64,000 nucleotides of DNA from a virus (Duplodnaviria > Caudoviricetes), in the IMG/VR virus record IMGVR_UViG_3300031963_000080, positions 15,032 to 79,031 of that record; one strand, written 5' to 3'. Positions within the stretch are counted from its first letter, which is position 1; each line of letters begins with the position of its first letter. This document shows positions 26,818 to 37,028 of this stretch, piece by piece. The notes under the pieces were generated by a model, which was given only the letters and a program-made list of their open reading frames with translations, was not told the origin of the DNA and ran no database searches. A program made the translations under genes and the position numbers.

Positions 26818-29322
26818 CTAAACAAAAAAAGAATCAAGTGTTGTTTTTTTCTCAATATTCCAACCAATAATATCTAGAATCGCTCTCAATGGTTTGAGGA
26901 AGGTCTTTTCAAACTGCATTTCATAATCTACATATTTTTTTAGTTCAAACTCTGGAGGCAAAGTTTGAATAAAAGCAATTACATTTTCGTGAATTGGATT
27001 TGGTAATTTGAGATAACAAAACTTAATTTTTTCTCCATTTTTAATCATTGAATATTTTTTCTGTAGCTTATATTCTTTGATGTAATGATTATAGAGAATT
27101 GATCCTCTAACATGAATTGGCGTAGACTTGACATACATAGTCAAATTAGATTTAAATTTTGTCAATTCATTTACTGACTTGGGAAAAGAAACTTCTTCCG
27201 GAGTCAATTCGAAAAAATCTCTTCTTGCAGTCGAAATGAAATCAATCAATTCATCTTCAGTCGATGTCATAATAAGCTTAATTGCTTTTTTAATCCTATC
27301 TCGACAGAAAGCAGGAGTAGAAGATCTAATAGCTTCGATTCCAGTCATAGCCAGCTCTGGCTCTGAATATCTTACTCCCTCATTGTCCCAAACATTAGCA
27401 ATGTATCTTTTTTTAGAAATAAAAACTGCTCGATCAGTTATCTTTTCTCGTTTCATATGCAATTTGTGTGCATATGCATTCAGATATTCTGCTAGTTCTT
27501 TATAAGAACAATCAACATATTCTTGAATTTTTGTAGAGAAAATTTGATCCAGAAAATCAATAATTTCCAATTTGGATGGATTTTTGTTTTTATAAATCAT
27601 GTCCACTAATGGCTTCATGTTCAAAAATGCAGAATCAGTGTCACAATACACAACATAATCAGTATCTTCAGTTTTCAAAATTTTATTGAGATACTGATTG
27701 AATTTCATTTCAATCCAACGAATTGCTAGCTGTCCAGTGTAAGTTACTGCCTCTGCGTTTCTCAGATCATAAAACCTAAAATATGGATTCCCAGTTGCAC
27801 CATAGCAAGAATTCAAACAAACTTTAATTGATTGCTCCTTAACACTATACATCGAAATTTGCTTCTTGAGTTTAACTTCATGAGTTTTTTCATACTCCTT
27901 TTTCAACTCTTTCATCTTATCTTTGTATAGTTTCCTTTTCTGGAACATCTTATCAAGAAGTTCAGGAAGAAATCCCATTTTATCTTTTTTATACATTGAT
28001 CCATTTGGACAAACAGAATATTGACAATCTGTTGGTATCCGTGTGGTTTTATCCAAGATAGAATCAATTGATATATTAGAAAATCGTTTCTCAACTAATG
28101 TGTCTGGACTTATATTCAATCCCATCATAATATGAGGATAAAGAGAAGTTAAGTCCATGCTTACAACATAATCATAAGAACCAGGAATCGGCTCTTTTAC
28201 AAATGCACCCACAAATTTGTCTGACTTCTCTTTCCCCTCGCCTTTCAATGGGATCACAATATTTTTACGACGAAGGTAGTTGTAAATGATAGTATCCCAC
28301 ATTCTAACCTGATAGAAAACATCTTCAAAATTAGTTTTAGAATCATATGCGAGCATGATTGCCAATTCAACCATGTGAAGCTTATCTTCTAGTTTGTTGA
28401 CGAGTTCAGTGTCAATGACATTATATTCTACGAATGTGTCCCAATCACTATCATAAAAATCCTTAAAAGTTTCATATTGACTATGATCCAATTTATTTTG
28501 ACCTAGCTCATTAAATGCAATCGTATCTAGTCTAAAGTTTTCAGGTTTTTTGAATGAATATTTTTTATATAGATCGAAATAATCTATAATAGATACTCCA
28601 AAAATATCATAGATTGTTTGTTTTTCGCCTATTCTAACTTCAACTTGCTTATCGGAAATCCAGTTATAAGGAGACAACTTTCTCGTTTCTTTTTCTCCTA
28701 TTAATCTGTACATCCTACCAATGATGTAAGCAAAGTCATAGTATAGACAATTCCAACCAGTAACGATCTCTGGTGTATTGTTTTGCCAAAAATCAAGAAA
28801 AGAATAAATTAGAGCAGTTTCATCTACACAATAAAAATACTTATGATTTTCTAGTTTTTTTCCGAATTTCCTGGTTCCCCAAGTATAGATTTTTTTCGAT
28901 ACATAATCTTGGATTGTAATCAGTAAAATTTCTTCATCACAAGTTTTTGGGTCAGGGAATCCATTTTCAGAAGAAACCTCAATATCTATTGCCCAAATAG
29001 AAATTCTAGAAATGTCATAATCAATTTGTTCTTCCGAATAATTGTCTGAAATATACTGATAGATTGGAGTTTCATTTCCATAAATTTTAAATCCCTCTAC
29101 ATCTTTATACTTATCAACATATTCTCTAGATTCTTTGATCGTTCCTGGTTGAATTGGTTTTACACATTTTCCATCTAATGTCTTATATTCTGTTTTTACA
29201 TTAGATGAAACATAAAAGGTAGGATGATAATCTACCGTTTGAGTGAATTTTTCTCCATTTTCATACCCTCGAACATAGATCTTATTCCCGAGTTGTTTGA
29301 CATTTGTGTACCAACGCATCAC
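26818..29322 (-). CDS. gp43: family B DNA polymerase
   Basis: DIE exonuclease motif, DLTSLYP, K..LNSCYG and YCDTDS. Confidence 0.97.
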   Translation of the reverse strand: MMRWYTNVKQLGNKIYVRGYENGEKFTQTVDYHPTFYVSSNVKTEYKTLDGKCVKPIQPGTIKESREYVDKYKDVEGFKIYGNETPIYQYISDNYSEEQIDYDISRISIWAIDIEVSSENGFPDPKTCDEEILLITIQDYVSKKIYTWGTRKFGKKLENHKYFYCVDETALIYSFLDFWQNNTPEIVTGWNCLYYDFAYIIGRMYRLIGEKETRKLSPYNWISDKQVEVRIGEKQTIYDIFGVSIIDYFDLYKKYSFKKPENFRLDTIAFNELGQNKLDHSQYETFKDFYDSDWDTFVEYNVIDTELVNKLEDKLHMVELAIMLAYDSKTNFEDVFYQVRMWDTIIYNYLRRKNIVIPLKGEGKEKSDKFVGAFVKEPIPGSYDYVVSMDLTSLYPHIMMGLNISPDTLVEKRFSNISIDSILDKTTRIPTDCQYSVCPNGSMYKKDKMGFLPELLDKMFQKRKLYKDKMKELKKEYEKTHEVKLKKQISMYSVKEQSIKVCLNSCYGATGNPYFRFYDLRNAEAVTYTGQLAIRWIEMKFNQYLNKILKTEDTDYVVYCDTDSAFLNMKPLVDMIYKNKNPSKLEIIDFLDQIFSTKIQEYVDCSYKELAEYLNAYAHKLHMKREKITDRAVFISKKRYIANVWDNEGVRYSEPELAMTGIEAIRSSTPAFCRDRIKKAIKLIMTSTEDELIDFISTARRDFFELTPEEVSFPKSVNELTKFKSNLTMYVKSTPIHVRGSILYNHYIKEYKLQKKYSMIKNGEKIKFCYLKLPNPIHENVIAFIQTLPPEFELKKYVDYEMQFEKTFLKPLRAILDIIGWNIEKKTTLDSFFV

Positions 29323-29615
29323 TTTCTAATTAGAATTTTGTATTTATCGAGAATTGAAGTTTTTGGGTCAATGATTGTAAGTATTTTATCTGAGCTCATT
29401 AAAAATACTTTTTGTTCTGTTACTTCCATTAGCCATGGTCTTAGCGTAATTGTTTCCAAAAGTTTATCAGTAACAATTAGATATGGGTCAGAAAGTTTAC
29501 AATTTGGTTCTCCTATATCTGCTACCACTTCTTCAATTTTAGCTATTAGTCTTTGCCCATTTTCTAAGACTAACAATTTTACAAATTCATTAGACTCAAT
29601 GGCTGCCTCTTCCAT
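29319..29615 (-). CDS. hypothetical protein (Sm-like fold candidate)
   Basis: 98-aa ORF coupled to gp43. Confidence 0.7.
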   Translation of the reverse strand: MEEAAIESNEFVKLLVLENGQRLIAKIEEVVADIGEPNCKLSDPYLIVTDKLLETITLRPWLMEVTEQKVFLMSSDKILTIIDPKTSILDKYKILIRK

Positions 29616-29636
29616 GGTAATGCCTCAACAGCCCCC

Positions 29637-29665
29637 ATTATAGCACAAAAAAATGGGGGAGTCAA
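29637..29665 (-). promoter_or_regulatory. sigma70-type promoter for the gp43 operon
   Basis: TTGACT-N17-TATAAT with extended -10. Confidence 0.8.
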
Positions 29666-29714
29666 CTGGATTTTGCCAGTTCTCCCCTTTGCGCCGACGA
29701 TATTCAATTACTAT

Positions 29715-30146
29715 TTAGAACCAAATTTTTTTCTTTTGGTGCTCTGGTACTATCTTTACTAATTTAACAGAAAGAAGTCCATCATCAAATGTCACTTCTT
29801 TAACTTCAACATCATCAGATATAGTCCAAGATCTGGTGAATGCTCTTTGTGCCAAGCCATGATGGACATATTCTTTTCCGGAATCTAATTCCTTTTCACC
29901 TTCAATGAATAATTTATTGTTCTCTGTGTATACCGTAATTTGATTTTTCTTGAATCCGGCAAGAGCAAGTTCTAACCTAAATTCTGTGTTGCTTTCTTTA
30001 ATGACATTGTATGGAGGGTAGTTTGATTCTGTCTGATGTAATGCACCAAACCTGTGGAACCATTCGTCCATTCCAATAGAATATTTTTCAACATCATTTA
30101 AAAATTTTTCAATATTTCCAGTATTATATTGAACTAATGCGTTCAT
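29715..30146 (-). CDS. hsp20: small heat shock protein
   Basis: YPPYN, LALAGF, HGLAQRAF and DGLL motifs. Confidence 0.95.
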   Translation of the reverse strand: MNALVQYNTGNIEKFLNDVEKYSIGMDEWFHRFGALHQTESNYPPYNVIKESNTEFRLELALAGFKKNQITVYTENNKLFIEGEKELDSGKEYVHHGLAQRAFTRSWTISDDVEVKEVTFDDGLLSVKLVKIVPEHQKKKIWF

Positions 30147-30252
30147 TTGTTGTCTCCTTTAAAAGCGAGTGTAGATGTCAAACCCGAAGCATTTGACATT
30201 ACTATTTTATAAGAGGACATAAAAAAAGGGAAGTTCGGAACTCCCCACAATT

Positions 30253-30690
30253 TTATTCGGTTTCCATTACTTTTTTCTTAGATCCTATCGAGTATTTCGC
30301 CTCAAGAATCCAATCGTCCTTTTCTTTATATGGAAGAACTTTAATTTGATTTAATGGTGCAATATCAGAAACTTTATCTGGGTTTACTACCGTGACTAAT
30401 CCCCAGTCAGATAGAAGTTTAATGATGCGATTGCGACGCTGAACATCATTAACTGTCAGATTAGCGTGTTTGCCGTCAAGGGCAAAAAGCTCTTTAAAAC
30501 TCACCAAATAATATTTCCCTTGTTTATGTAAAATATGCACAGATTGGTATAGCTTTTTTTCTTTTCTGGAAGCAACACCAATTCTAGTTAGAGTTTCTCT
30601 TACTTTGAGAAAGTCATCAGGTTCAGATAAAATTATCTCAACCATCATGTCAGGTGTCCATTTTACCTGAGGTTCATTAATACTAGTCAT
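30253..30690 (-). CDS. regA: translational repressor RegA
   Basis: DDFLKVRETLTRIG and LYQSVHILHKQG motifs. Confidence 0.96.
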   Translation of the reverse strand: MTSINEPQVKWTPDMMVEIILSEPDDFLKVRETLTRIGVASRKEKKLYQSVHILHKQGKYYLVSFKELFALDGKHANLTVNDVQRRNRIIKLLSDWGLVTVVNPDKVSDIAPLNQIKVLPYKEKDDWILEAKYSIGSKKKVMETE

Positions 30691-31079
30691 CTCGTTCCAC
30701 CAATATCAAGTTTAGATTTAATAAAGTTAATTTGATCTTCAGACAGAATTTTCAAAATTTGAGAGGCTTTCTCGTCATTATATCCATAATATTGTTTTAT
30801 GTATTCTAAATTCTGTATTTTATCTTTTGTGATCCAAGAAGAAAATCTCTTCTTTTTTCTTATACTATTTAGATAAAACAAATATTGCATATCTTTATTA
30901 AGACTGCAATTAATATTCATTTCATTTGCAAACAAGATAGTATCAATGTGTGCAGAAAGACATCTATTGATAATATATGGTGGATACGATTTGATGTTAT
31001 CCGAATCACTAAGTATTAGATTTTCTTTTGTCGAATTTATAGAATTCAACCAATCTTTTAATTCATATTTTATTTCCAT
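30687..31079 (-). CDS. gp62: clamp loader small subunit
   Basis: Y.PYIINRCLS, RKKKRFS and YYGYN..KA motifs; synteny. Confidence 0.9.
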   Translation of the reverse strand: MEIKYELKDWLNSINSTKENLILSDSDNIKSYPPYIINRCLSAHIDTILFANEMNINCSLNKDMQYLFYLNSIRKKKRFSSWITKDKIQNLEYIKQYYGYNDEKASQILKILSEDQINFIKSKLDIGGTR

Positions 31080-32008
31080 TCTACTTCACACATAATTTCA
31101 GTAAGACACGCAAGAAGATTTATTTCGTTATCTGCAACAAAAGCACTCCTATACTGATACTTAGAAATGACCAGAATTGCTGCTGGTATAGTTGATTCTA
31201 CAGCAGAATCATATAAACAATCATATACTTTTCTAAGAACAATATTTGGATCATTATCCATATTTTGGATGACCCATTTGCGGACTTCTGTAAAATTCCT
31301 ATCTTTTAAGAATTTTACCAATCCCGAAATCTTTACCTCATATACATTTGCTAGTATGCCAGAATCGACTTTTCCTCCAGAAGAATATCTCTGTATCTCG
31401 TTAAGAGTTCGCCTAAAATCGGGAAAATATTTATTAATCAACCCAACAATAGCTGCAGTCTCGTATTCAATTTTTTCTTTGCTGAGAATATCAACAATCC
31501 TCTTCATAAAATCTGCTGCTAGTTTTGGCTTTTCTTTTGGTGGAATGGAAAAGTCAATAACTGCAGCACGAGAATGTAGTGGTGGAATTAATTTATTTTT
31601 ATAATTACATGTGAAAATAAAAGTACAATTTGTCTGTAGTTCTTCTATCGAAGCCCTCAATGCAAGCTGTGCATCATTTGTTAAATTATCTGCCTCATCA
31701 ATTAGTAGTATCTTTTTTCCAGTATTAGAAAGAGATAAAGTAGAAGCATAATTTTTAACTTTATTTCGAATGACATCAATGGATCTCTCATCAGAGCCAT
31801 TGATAACCATAAAATCCCTATCTAATTCATTGGCCAAAGCTTTAATAGTAGAAGTTTTCCCAATCCCAGGCGGACCAGAAAGAATCATGTTTGGAACTTT
31901 ACCAGAATCTCTAGTCTCAGTAAAAAATTTTTTTATTGATTCTGGTAAAATGCACTGCTCCACTGCTTGTGGGGCATATTTTTCTACAAAAATAAAATCA
32001 CGGTTCAT
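31070..32008 (-). CDS. gp44: clamp loader AAA+ subunit
   Basis: GPPGIGKT, IDEAD, PLHSR and FPDFRR motifs. Confidence 0.95.
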   Translation of the reverse strand: MNRDFIFVEKYAPQAVEQCILPESIKKFFTETRDSGKVPNMILSGPPGIGKTSTIKALANELDRDFMVINGSDERSIDVIRNKVKNYASTLSLSNTGKKILLIDEADNLTNDAQLALRASIEELQTNCTFIFTCNYKNKLIPPLHSRAAVIDFSIPPKEKPKLAADFMKRIVDILSKEKIEYETAAIVGLINKYFPDFRRTLNEIQRYSSGGKVDSGILANVYEVKISGLVKFLKDRNFTEVRKWVIQNMDNDPNIVLRKVYDCLYDSAVESTIPAAILVISKYQYRSAFVADNEINLLACLTEIMCEVEWK

Positions 32009-32030
32009 AATTAATCAATTCAAATTTTAT

Positions 32031-32543
32031 TTAAATCCAATCGGGTTTTCGCTCTGGCATACGAAGATAATTGTCCTTCGCCCAAGGTTTAGATGCAATG
32101 TACATCTTGTAAGCAGTAAAAGTGTCAATGCTTGTGTCGAGTTTATACTCATCTGGCATCGCTCTAGTAAATGATTTTACTTCAGTGATCTTTCCTTTAG
32201 GAAAAAGGTAATAAGCATCAACCAATGTCTTATAACAAGAGTGAATTTTATTATACCTCAAAGTATATTCATCACATAAGTTAAGTCCATGCTTAATCAA
32301 CCAATAAGCATTATTGGCGTTTTCCATTGCCCACTTGGTGCAGGGATGGTTGCGGAAAGCTCCTTTGTCTGTTTTGTAAGGAGTCTCATCCGCTTTAAAA
32401 AGATGACCATATCCATGTCCCCATTTGTCAGAAGCAACAATAGAGAGCATTTGGCAGCACTCCAAAGGCATCTTGACAATGTGTTTATCTGGGAGGCAAA
32501 TAGCACTCTCAGCTGGCCATGGAGATGTCACAAAGATGTTCAT
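32031..32543 (-). CDS. pyrimidine-dimer DNA glycosylase-like protein
   Basis: MNIF, DKHIVKMPLE..QMLS, NHPCTKW and AMPDEY motifs. Confidence 0.78.
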   Translation of the reverse strand: MNIFVTSPWPAESAICLPDKHIVKMPLECCQMLSIVASDKWGHGYGHLFKADETPYKTDKGAFRNHPCTKWAMENANNAYWLIKHGLNLCDEYTLRYNKIHSCYKTLVDAYYLFPKGKITEVKSFTRAMPDEYKLDTSIDTFTAYKMYIASKPWAKDNYLRMPERKPDWI

Positions 32544-32563
32544 AATAAAAAAAAAGAAATCAA

Positions 32564-33232
32564 TTAATCATTAAAAACAGAATCAGGCTCAAGTGCAATA
32601 TGATACTTAAGTTTCCTTGATTTACTATCAAACCTAGCTAGAAGTCGCTTAGAAATTGTAACATCATAAGATCCTGGAACAATTTTAATGTTTTCTACTT
32701 TGAAATTCATAGTGAACTCATTTTCAGTTTCACCAACAATAATAGAAAATTCATTTGATGTGTCATTCTTTTTATCCCTGACCACCATACTAATAACACC
32801 GTTTTCGCCAACAGCTGCCAAATCCGGAAGCTGATAGATATTTGATGCTTTAAGTAGTTTTTCTAGCTGAGAGTGATCCAATTGAAACTGGATATCATCA
32901 CTTGGAACTACAATTTCCTTTTCTGGTGGAGAAACAATCACAGAAGGATCAGCAAAAAAGTATTTTACTTTACGCTTACCTTCACGGATCGTAAGATATG
33001 AATCATTAGAAAAATCTAATTCTGGATTGTCATGTAATCCAATACCATTCAGAAATTGATTCAGATCGTAAATAGCGAAGTTTTTTGGGAATTCTTCTTG
33101 TACTGTTGCCTCGGCAAGAACATTCTTCATCACCGACATTGTTTTCAGTACATTTCCTTCTTTAACAAAAATAGATTGATTAATAGAAGCGAAATTTTTA
33201 AGAATAATCAGGGTATCACTGGAAAGATTCAT
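32564..33232 (-). CDS. gp45: sliding clamp
   Basis: LKNFASINQS and IYDLNQFL motifs. Confidence 0.95.
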   Translation of the reverse strand: MNLSSDTLIILKNFASINQSIFVKEGNVLKTMSVMKNVLAEATVQEEFPKNFAIYDLNQFLNGIGLHDNPELDFSNDSYLTIREGKRKVKYFFADPSVIVSPPEKEIVVPSDDIQFQLDHSQLEKLLKASNIYQLPDLAAVGENGVISMVVRDKKNDTSNEFSIIVGETENEFTMNFKVENIKIVPGSYDVTISKRLLARFDSKSRKLKYHIALEPDSVFND

Positions 33233-33624
33233 TTGTTTTCAATAAGATTCAGGTGGTTAATTAGGAGAATAGTATAGTGCAAGACTTTAAACAGATCTGC
33301 GCGAGGGGTTCCCTTTGTGTCGTACCGATCAATATATTTTGTTACATTACCTGCACAAAATCCTTCACGACGATTGTGCTTGATTTTGTCTAGAGTTTGT
33401 TCCGTCCCACCACCAGTTCGGTCAACATAATGTTGACTATATGTGCTAGAAATATATTGCTCTAATTGCTTTAGGATCTTGTCTTCATTGTATTTCCAAA
33501 ATCCATTGGAATTAGTTTGATCATTCATGAGTAAAATGGTCTTTTCAAGGTTAATTGTGTCATCAGCATTTACCGAAAATTTATACTGATGTTGTAAATT
33601 TCTTTCGTCTTCCGGCCCAAACAT
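33229..33624 (-). CDS. DUF3310-like protein
   Basis: TYSQHY, GFCAGNVTKY..RY..KG and DL.K..HY motifs; promoter TTGACA-N17-TATTAT at 33644-33672. Confidence 0.75.
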   Translation of the reverse strand: MFGPEDERNLQHQYKFSVNADDTINLEKTILLMNDQTNSNGFWKYNEDKILKQLEQYISSTYSQHYVDRTGGGTEQTLDKIKHNRREGFCAGNVTKYIDRYDTKGTPRADLFKVLHYTILLINHLNLIENK

Positions 33625-33649
33625 AATAATATATCAAATTACAATAATA

Positions 33650-34762
33650 TCATGCTTCTTCTGATTTGTCAATCTGCTGATCTTCATCTTTATTAAATTC
33701 TTCATCAATTTTATCATATAGTTCAATGAAAGAAGACTTTGTGTCATCATCAAATCGTGCAATTGATAGTTTAATAGCTTTTGCTTTGTTTTTGAAAATT
33801 GCATATGCCTTTAGTAGATGAATCAAACGACGAGTAGAAATCAATTCATCAATGCCGCCATCATAAAATGTCTTGCGAATTGTATCACTCCAATTTACCA
33901 GTTTTTTAATAAACTCGTCTTCTCCCTCAAGTCCGATAGATTTTGCTAGTTTAGTCAGAATTTTAATTTCAATGGAATTTGCAGGATAATTTTGCTCAAA
34001 TGTGACACTGAACCTTTCTAAGAATGCTTCATTAAGTACATTAGTGCCAATAAATCGTCCATCATCAGATCCTTTTCCTTTTGTATTGGCAGTTGCAATG
34101 ATATTAAATCCTGGTTTCGGGTAGATGACTTTACCAATTTTTTTAAGAAATAGTGGTTTCCCTTCTAGAACAGATTGTAAGACCATGATCTTATTCGATG
34201 CCAAATCGCATTCATCAAGAAGAAGAATGGCACCTCGCTCCATCGCCTCTACTACTGGGCCATTATGCCAAACTGTGTCACCATTCTGTAGTCGAAACCC
34301 ACCAATAAGATCATCGGAGTCAGTTTCGACAGTAACATTAAAACGAATCAACTCACGCTTCAATTGTGCACAAGCTTGCTCCACACACATTGTTTTTCCA
34401 TTACCAGAAAGACCAGTAATAAAAACTGGATAAAAAATTCCAGAAGAGATAATTTTTTTAACATCAGAAAAACAACCAAAAGAAACAAATCCAGAATCTT
34501 TTTCTGGAACTAGATCTTTTTCCGTGTCTGGAATCACAGAAGGAGCATTATATGAATTTTCAATTGCAGCGACTGCTTCTGTTGTCACTTCAAGATTCCA
34601 CTTACCATGGCCAGTTTTATATCCATCTAAACGACGAGTTACAGTCGGATAAGAAACATTTTTCATAGCACAATAAGCACGAACATCAGCAGAAGTGATA
34701 TTGGCACCAAACATGTCCATTAGATCGGAGATGATGTTTTGTTCTGTCATTTTTTTGTACAT
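33650..34762 (-). CDS. cobS: CobS/MoxR-like AAA+ ATPase
   Basis: GLSGNGKT, DDLIGG, LLLDE, ATANTKG and AFLERF motifs. Confidence 0.92.
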   Translation of the reverse strand: MYKKMTEQNIISDLMDMFGANITSADVRAYCAMKNVSYPTVTRRLDGYKTGHGKWNLEVTTEAVAAIENSYNAPSVIPDTEKDLVPEKDSGFVSFGCFSDVKKIISSGIFYPVFITGLSGNGKTMCVEQACAQLKRELIRFNVTVETDSDDLIGGFRLQNGDTVWHNGPVVEAMERGAILLLDECDLASNKIMVLQSVLEGKPLFLKKIGKVIYPKPGFNIIATANTKGKGSDDGRFIGTNVLNEAFLERFSVTFEQNYPANSIEIKILTKLAKSIGLEGEDEFIKKLVNWSDTIRKTFYDGGIDELISTRRLIHLLKAYAIFKNKAKAIKLSIARFDDDTKSSFIELYDKIDEEFNKDEDQQIDKSEEA

Positions 34763-34840
34763 GGTCTGAGGGATGAACAGATATATTATACCAGGCCCAA
34801 AGACACTATGTGCTCATGATGGGCCAGTTTAAAAATTGGT

Positions 34841-36952
34841 CTACGCAATAAGATCTATAAATTGCGATAGAATCTTCTTATTCATTTTTTTAGACTGTAA
34901 TGATTTTTTAAATGCATTTCTAATATCAGTAACAGATGATGATTCCTCAACATTAAAATCGCTAGAACTATTCAGGGCACCAGAATATATCCCAAAATAC
35001 GAATCATATCCAGTACATTTAAGCATACATGATTTGTTCTTTTTCCATTCCTCCATAATTTTATTATAAGAATCAGAATAATTATTATTCTCTAAATGAC
35101 CACGAACAAAGCCTGTTATTTCTCCACCACTAAGAAGTCGAATTCCAATAAAATTGACATGAGGATATACATCTTTAAGATGTCGTAAAAGCACATCACT
35201 GAATCTATGCGTTGCATAATAAGAATATTTTGGAAACCTATATGTTGTTTTTAGTTTATCGTCCTTCAAGAAACAATTGTCTCCGATTGGCAACACACCA
35301 GAACTAGTACATCTAGGCAATGCACTTGCTTCGCCATCTGTTAAGATGACACATTGAATTTTTTGTACTTTAGTTTTCTTTTGAAATTCTGGGATGATGT
35401 GATGTAAAGTTACTAATGATTCATTCAATGGGGTACCAGAAAGATTCAATTGATTTGGACAAGAGTAAGAACAAATTCTACTTTTGTTATAGTATGCTAA
35501 ACGATACAAGTTTTTCATGTGAATGTCCAAGGTAGAAGAATTTACCTTACTCGAAATCACATTGAGCAAATTGAAACCACCATCAATAGAAATCGAATTA
35601 TTGTCTGATTGACTATTTTTCCCATAAGAATATGACCAATTATTAGTAAATGCATAGACTTCAAATGGAATAGAAACTTTTTTACAGAACCAAACCAGAT
35701 TGAATAGTTGGCGACATGTATCTAGAATTACTGTATCCATTGAGCCGGACCAATCTAAAATAAAAATCAGCCCATGATTTTTTCCATCAGCAACTGTAAT
35801 AATTTTTTTAAAAATATCATCGTTAAATTTATAAGAGGGTAGAGAACTACAATCTAAAATACCAGTTTTAGACTCTGAAGAACGAGCATATGACTCTGCT
35901 GCTTTTTTGCATTCAAATTCTTTGACCAAATAATTTACTTCTTTTTTAGCGGACGATTTAAATGACGAATAATCAGAATCAACTAAAAAGAAATCTTCTT
36001 GGCTATTATGCGTATTCCAATAGCGTTTACATAGAGAATGTATAGATTTAGTATCAACAATAATTTTGTCCAAATCTAATTTTGGAATACGGACATAATT
36101 AATTTGTTCCGTTTTTGACGCTGACAATTTGTTAATTGCCTTTTCAAATGAGGAAAATGTTTTTACATAATCTGAATTAGATGCCGGATCGTAGTCATCT
36201 GCATTTTTCTTTTGTTCATCTAATTTTTGTCCATTATCAGTAGAATTTTGTGAATTATTGCCTTCTACATTTTGTTCTTTATCTGATTGTCCATTATTGT
36301 TTTTATTGTAATTTTCTTCTGGTTGCTGATTGGTGGCAATTTGTTGTTCAGAACTAATTCCAGAACCAGATTCAAATGAAATAGAATCAATAGTCTTCTG
36401 CTGTTCTACATCTTTACAATATTCATATAATTTTTCTGCGCAGCGAACTGCATCTATAAATGTTTCTGCTGCTCCAATCTCATCGAGAATAACTTTTTCC
36501 TCATCATCAAAATCAATACCAATGAAGTTACCGATTTTAAAATAGAGATTAATCCTATCCGCTAAATTATACTTGCTAATATCTTCCCCACTAATGGCAA
36601 AAAAATCTTCTTCATGCAATTCTTTATATCCACCAAAAAATGTCTTTTTAAGTCCAGGGTAACGACGCTTCATCAATTTCTCGATTCTAACATCTTCTGT
36701 CACATTTAGAAACTGCATAGGAACACTAGTGAGTTCCGTCCAATCTTGATTTGGAGTGTAAATTGCATGTGCTGATTCGTGACTCAAAAGTAACTGATAT
36801 ACGATATCAGATGCCTTCTCCCAAATAGGAAGAGTAAGAGTCCTAGTTTCTACATTAAAGCAGGCAGTATCAACATTTGAATGTTCAATATTAAGATTTT
36901 CAGTTGAAAGAAGGCGAGCCAGATTTCCGTGAATTTCGTGGTTGTGCCGCAT
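34841..36952 (-). CDS. CobT-like metallopeptidase/VWA protein, partner of CobS
   Basis: HESAH, NVTEDVRIE, MIDAS DWSGS, GTPL and LTDG motifs. Confidence 0.85.
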   Translation of the reverse strand: MRHNHEIHGNLARLLSTENLNIEHSNVDTACFNVETRTLTLPIWEKASDIVYQLLLSHESAHAIYTPNQDWTELTSVPMQFLNVTEDVRIEKLMKRRYPGLKKTFFGGYKELHEEDFFAISGEDISKYNLADRINLYFKIGNFIGIDFDDEEKVILDEIGAAETFIDAVRCAEKLYEYCKDVEQQKTIDSISFESGSGISSEQQIATNQQPEENYNKNNNGQSDKEQNVEGNNSQNSTDNGQKLDEQKKNADDYDPASNSDYVKTFSSFEKAINKLSASKTEQINYVRIPKLDLDKIIVDTKSIHSLCKRYWNTHNSQEDFFLVDSDYSSFKSSAKKEVNYLVKEFECKKAAESYARSSESKTGILDCSSLPSYKFNDDIFKKIITVADGKNHGLIFILDWSGSMDTVILDTCRQLFNLVWFCKKVSIPFEVYAFTNNWSYSYGKNSQSDNNSISIDGGFNLLNVISSKVNSSTLDIHMKNLYRLAYYNKSRICSYSCPNQLNLSGTPLNESLVTLHHIIPEFQKKTKVQKIQCVILTDGEASALPRCTSSGVLPIGDNCFLKDDKLKTTYRFPKYSYYATHRFSDVLLRHLKDVYPHVNFIGIRLLSGGEITGFVRGHLENNNYSDSYNKIMEEWKKNKSCMLKCTGYDSYFGIYSGALNSSSDFNVEESSSVTDIRNAFKKSLQSKKMNKKILSQFIDLIA

Positions 36953-37028
36953 GAGGAGAAATTTGAACTTCTATAATTATACACAAAAAAACCACCTAAT
37001 GGTGGCCAAGTAGACAGTATTCTATCTG

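Noticed and set aside
13318-29322. Introns or inteins in nrdA, nrdB, gp41 or gp43
   Set aside because: The ORFs are continuous, of ordinary length, and show no intein terminal motifs
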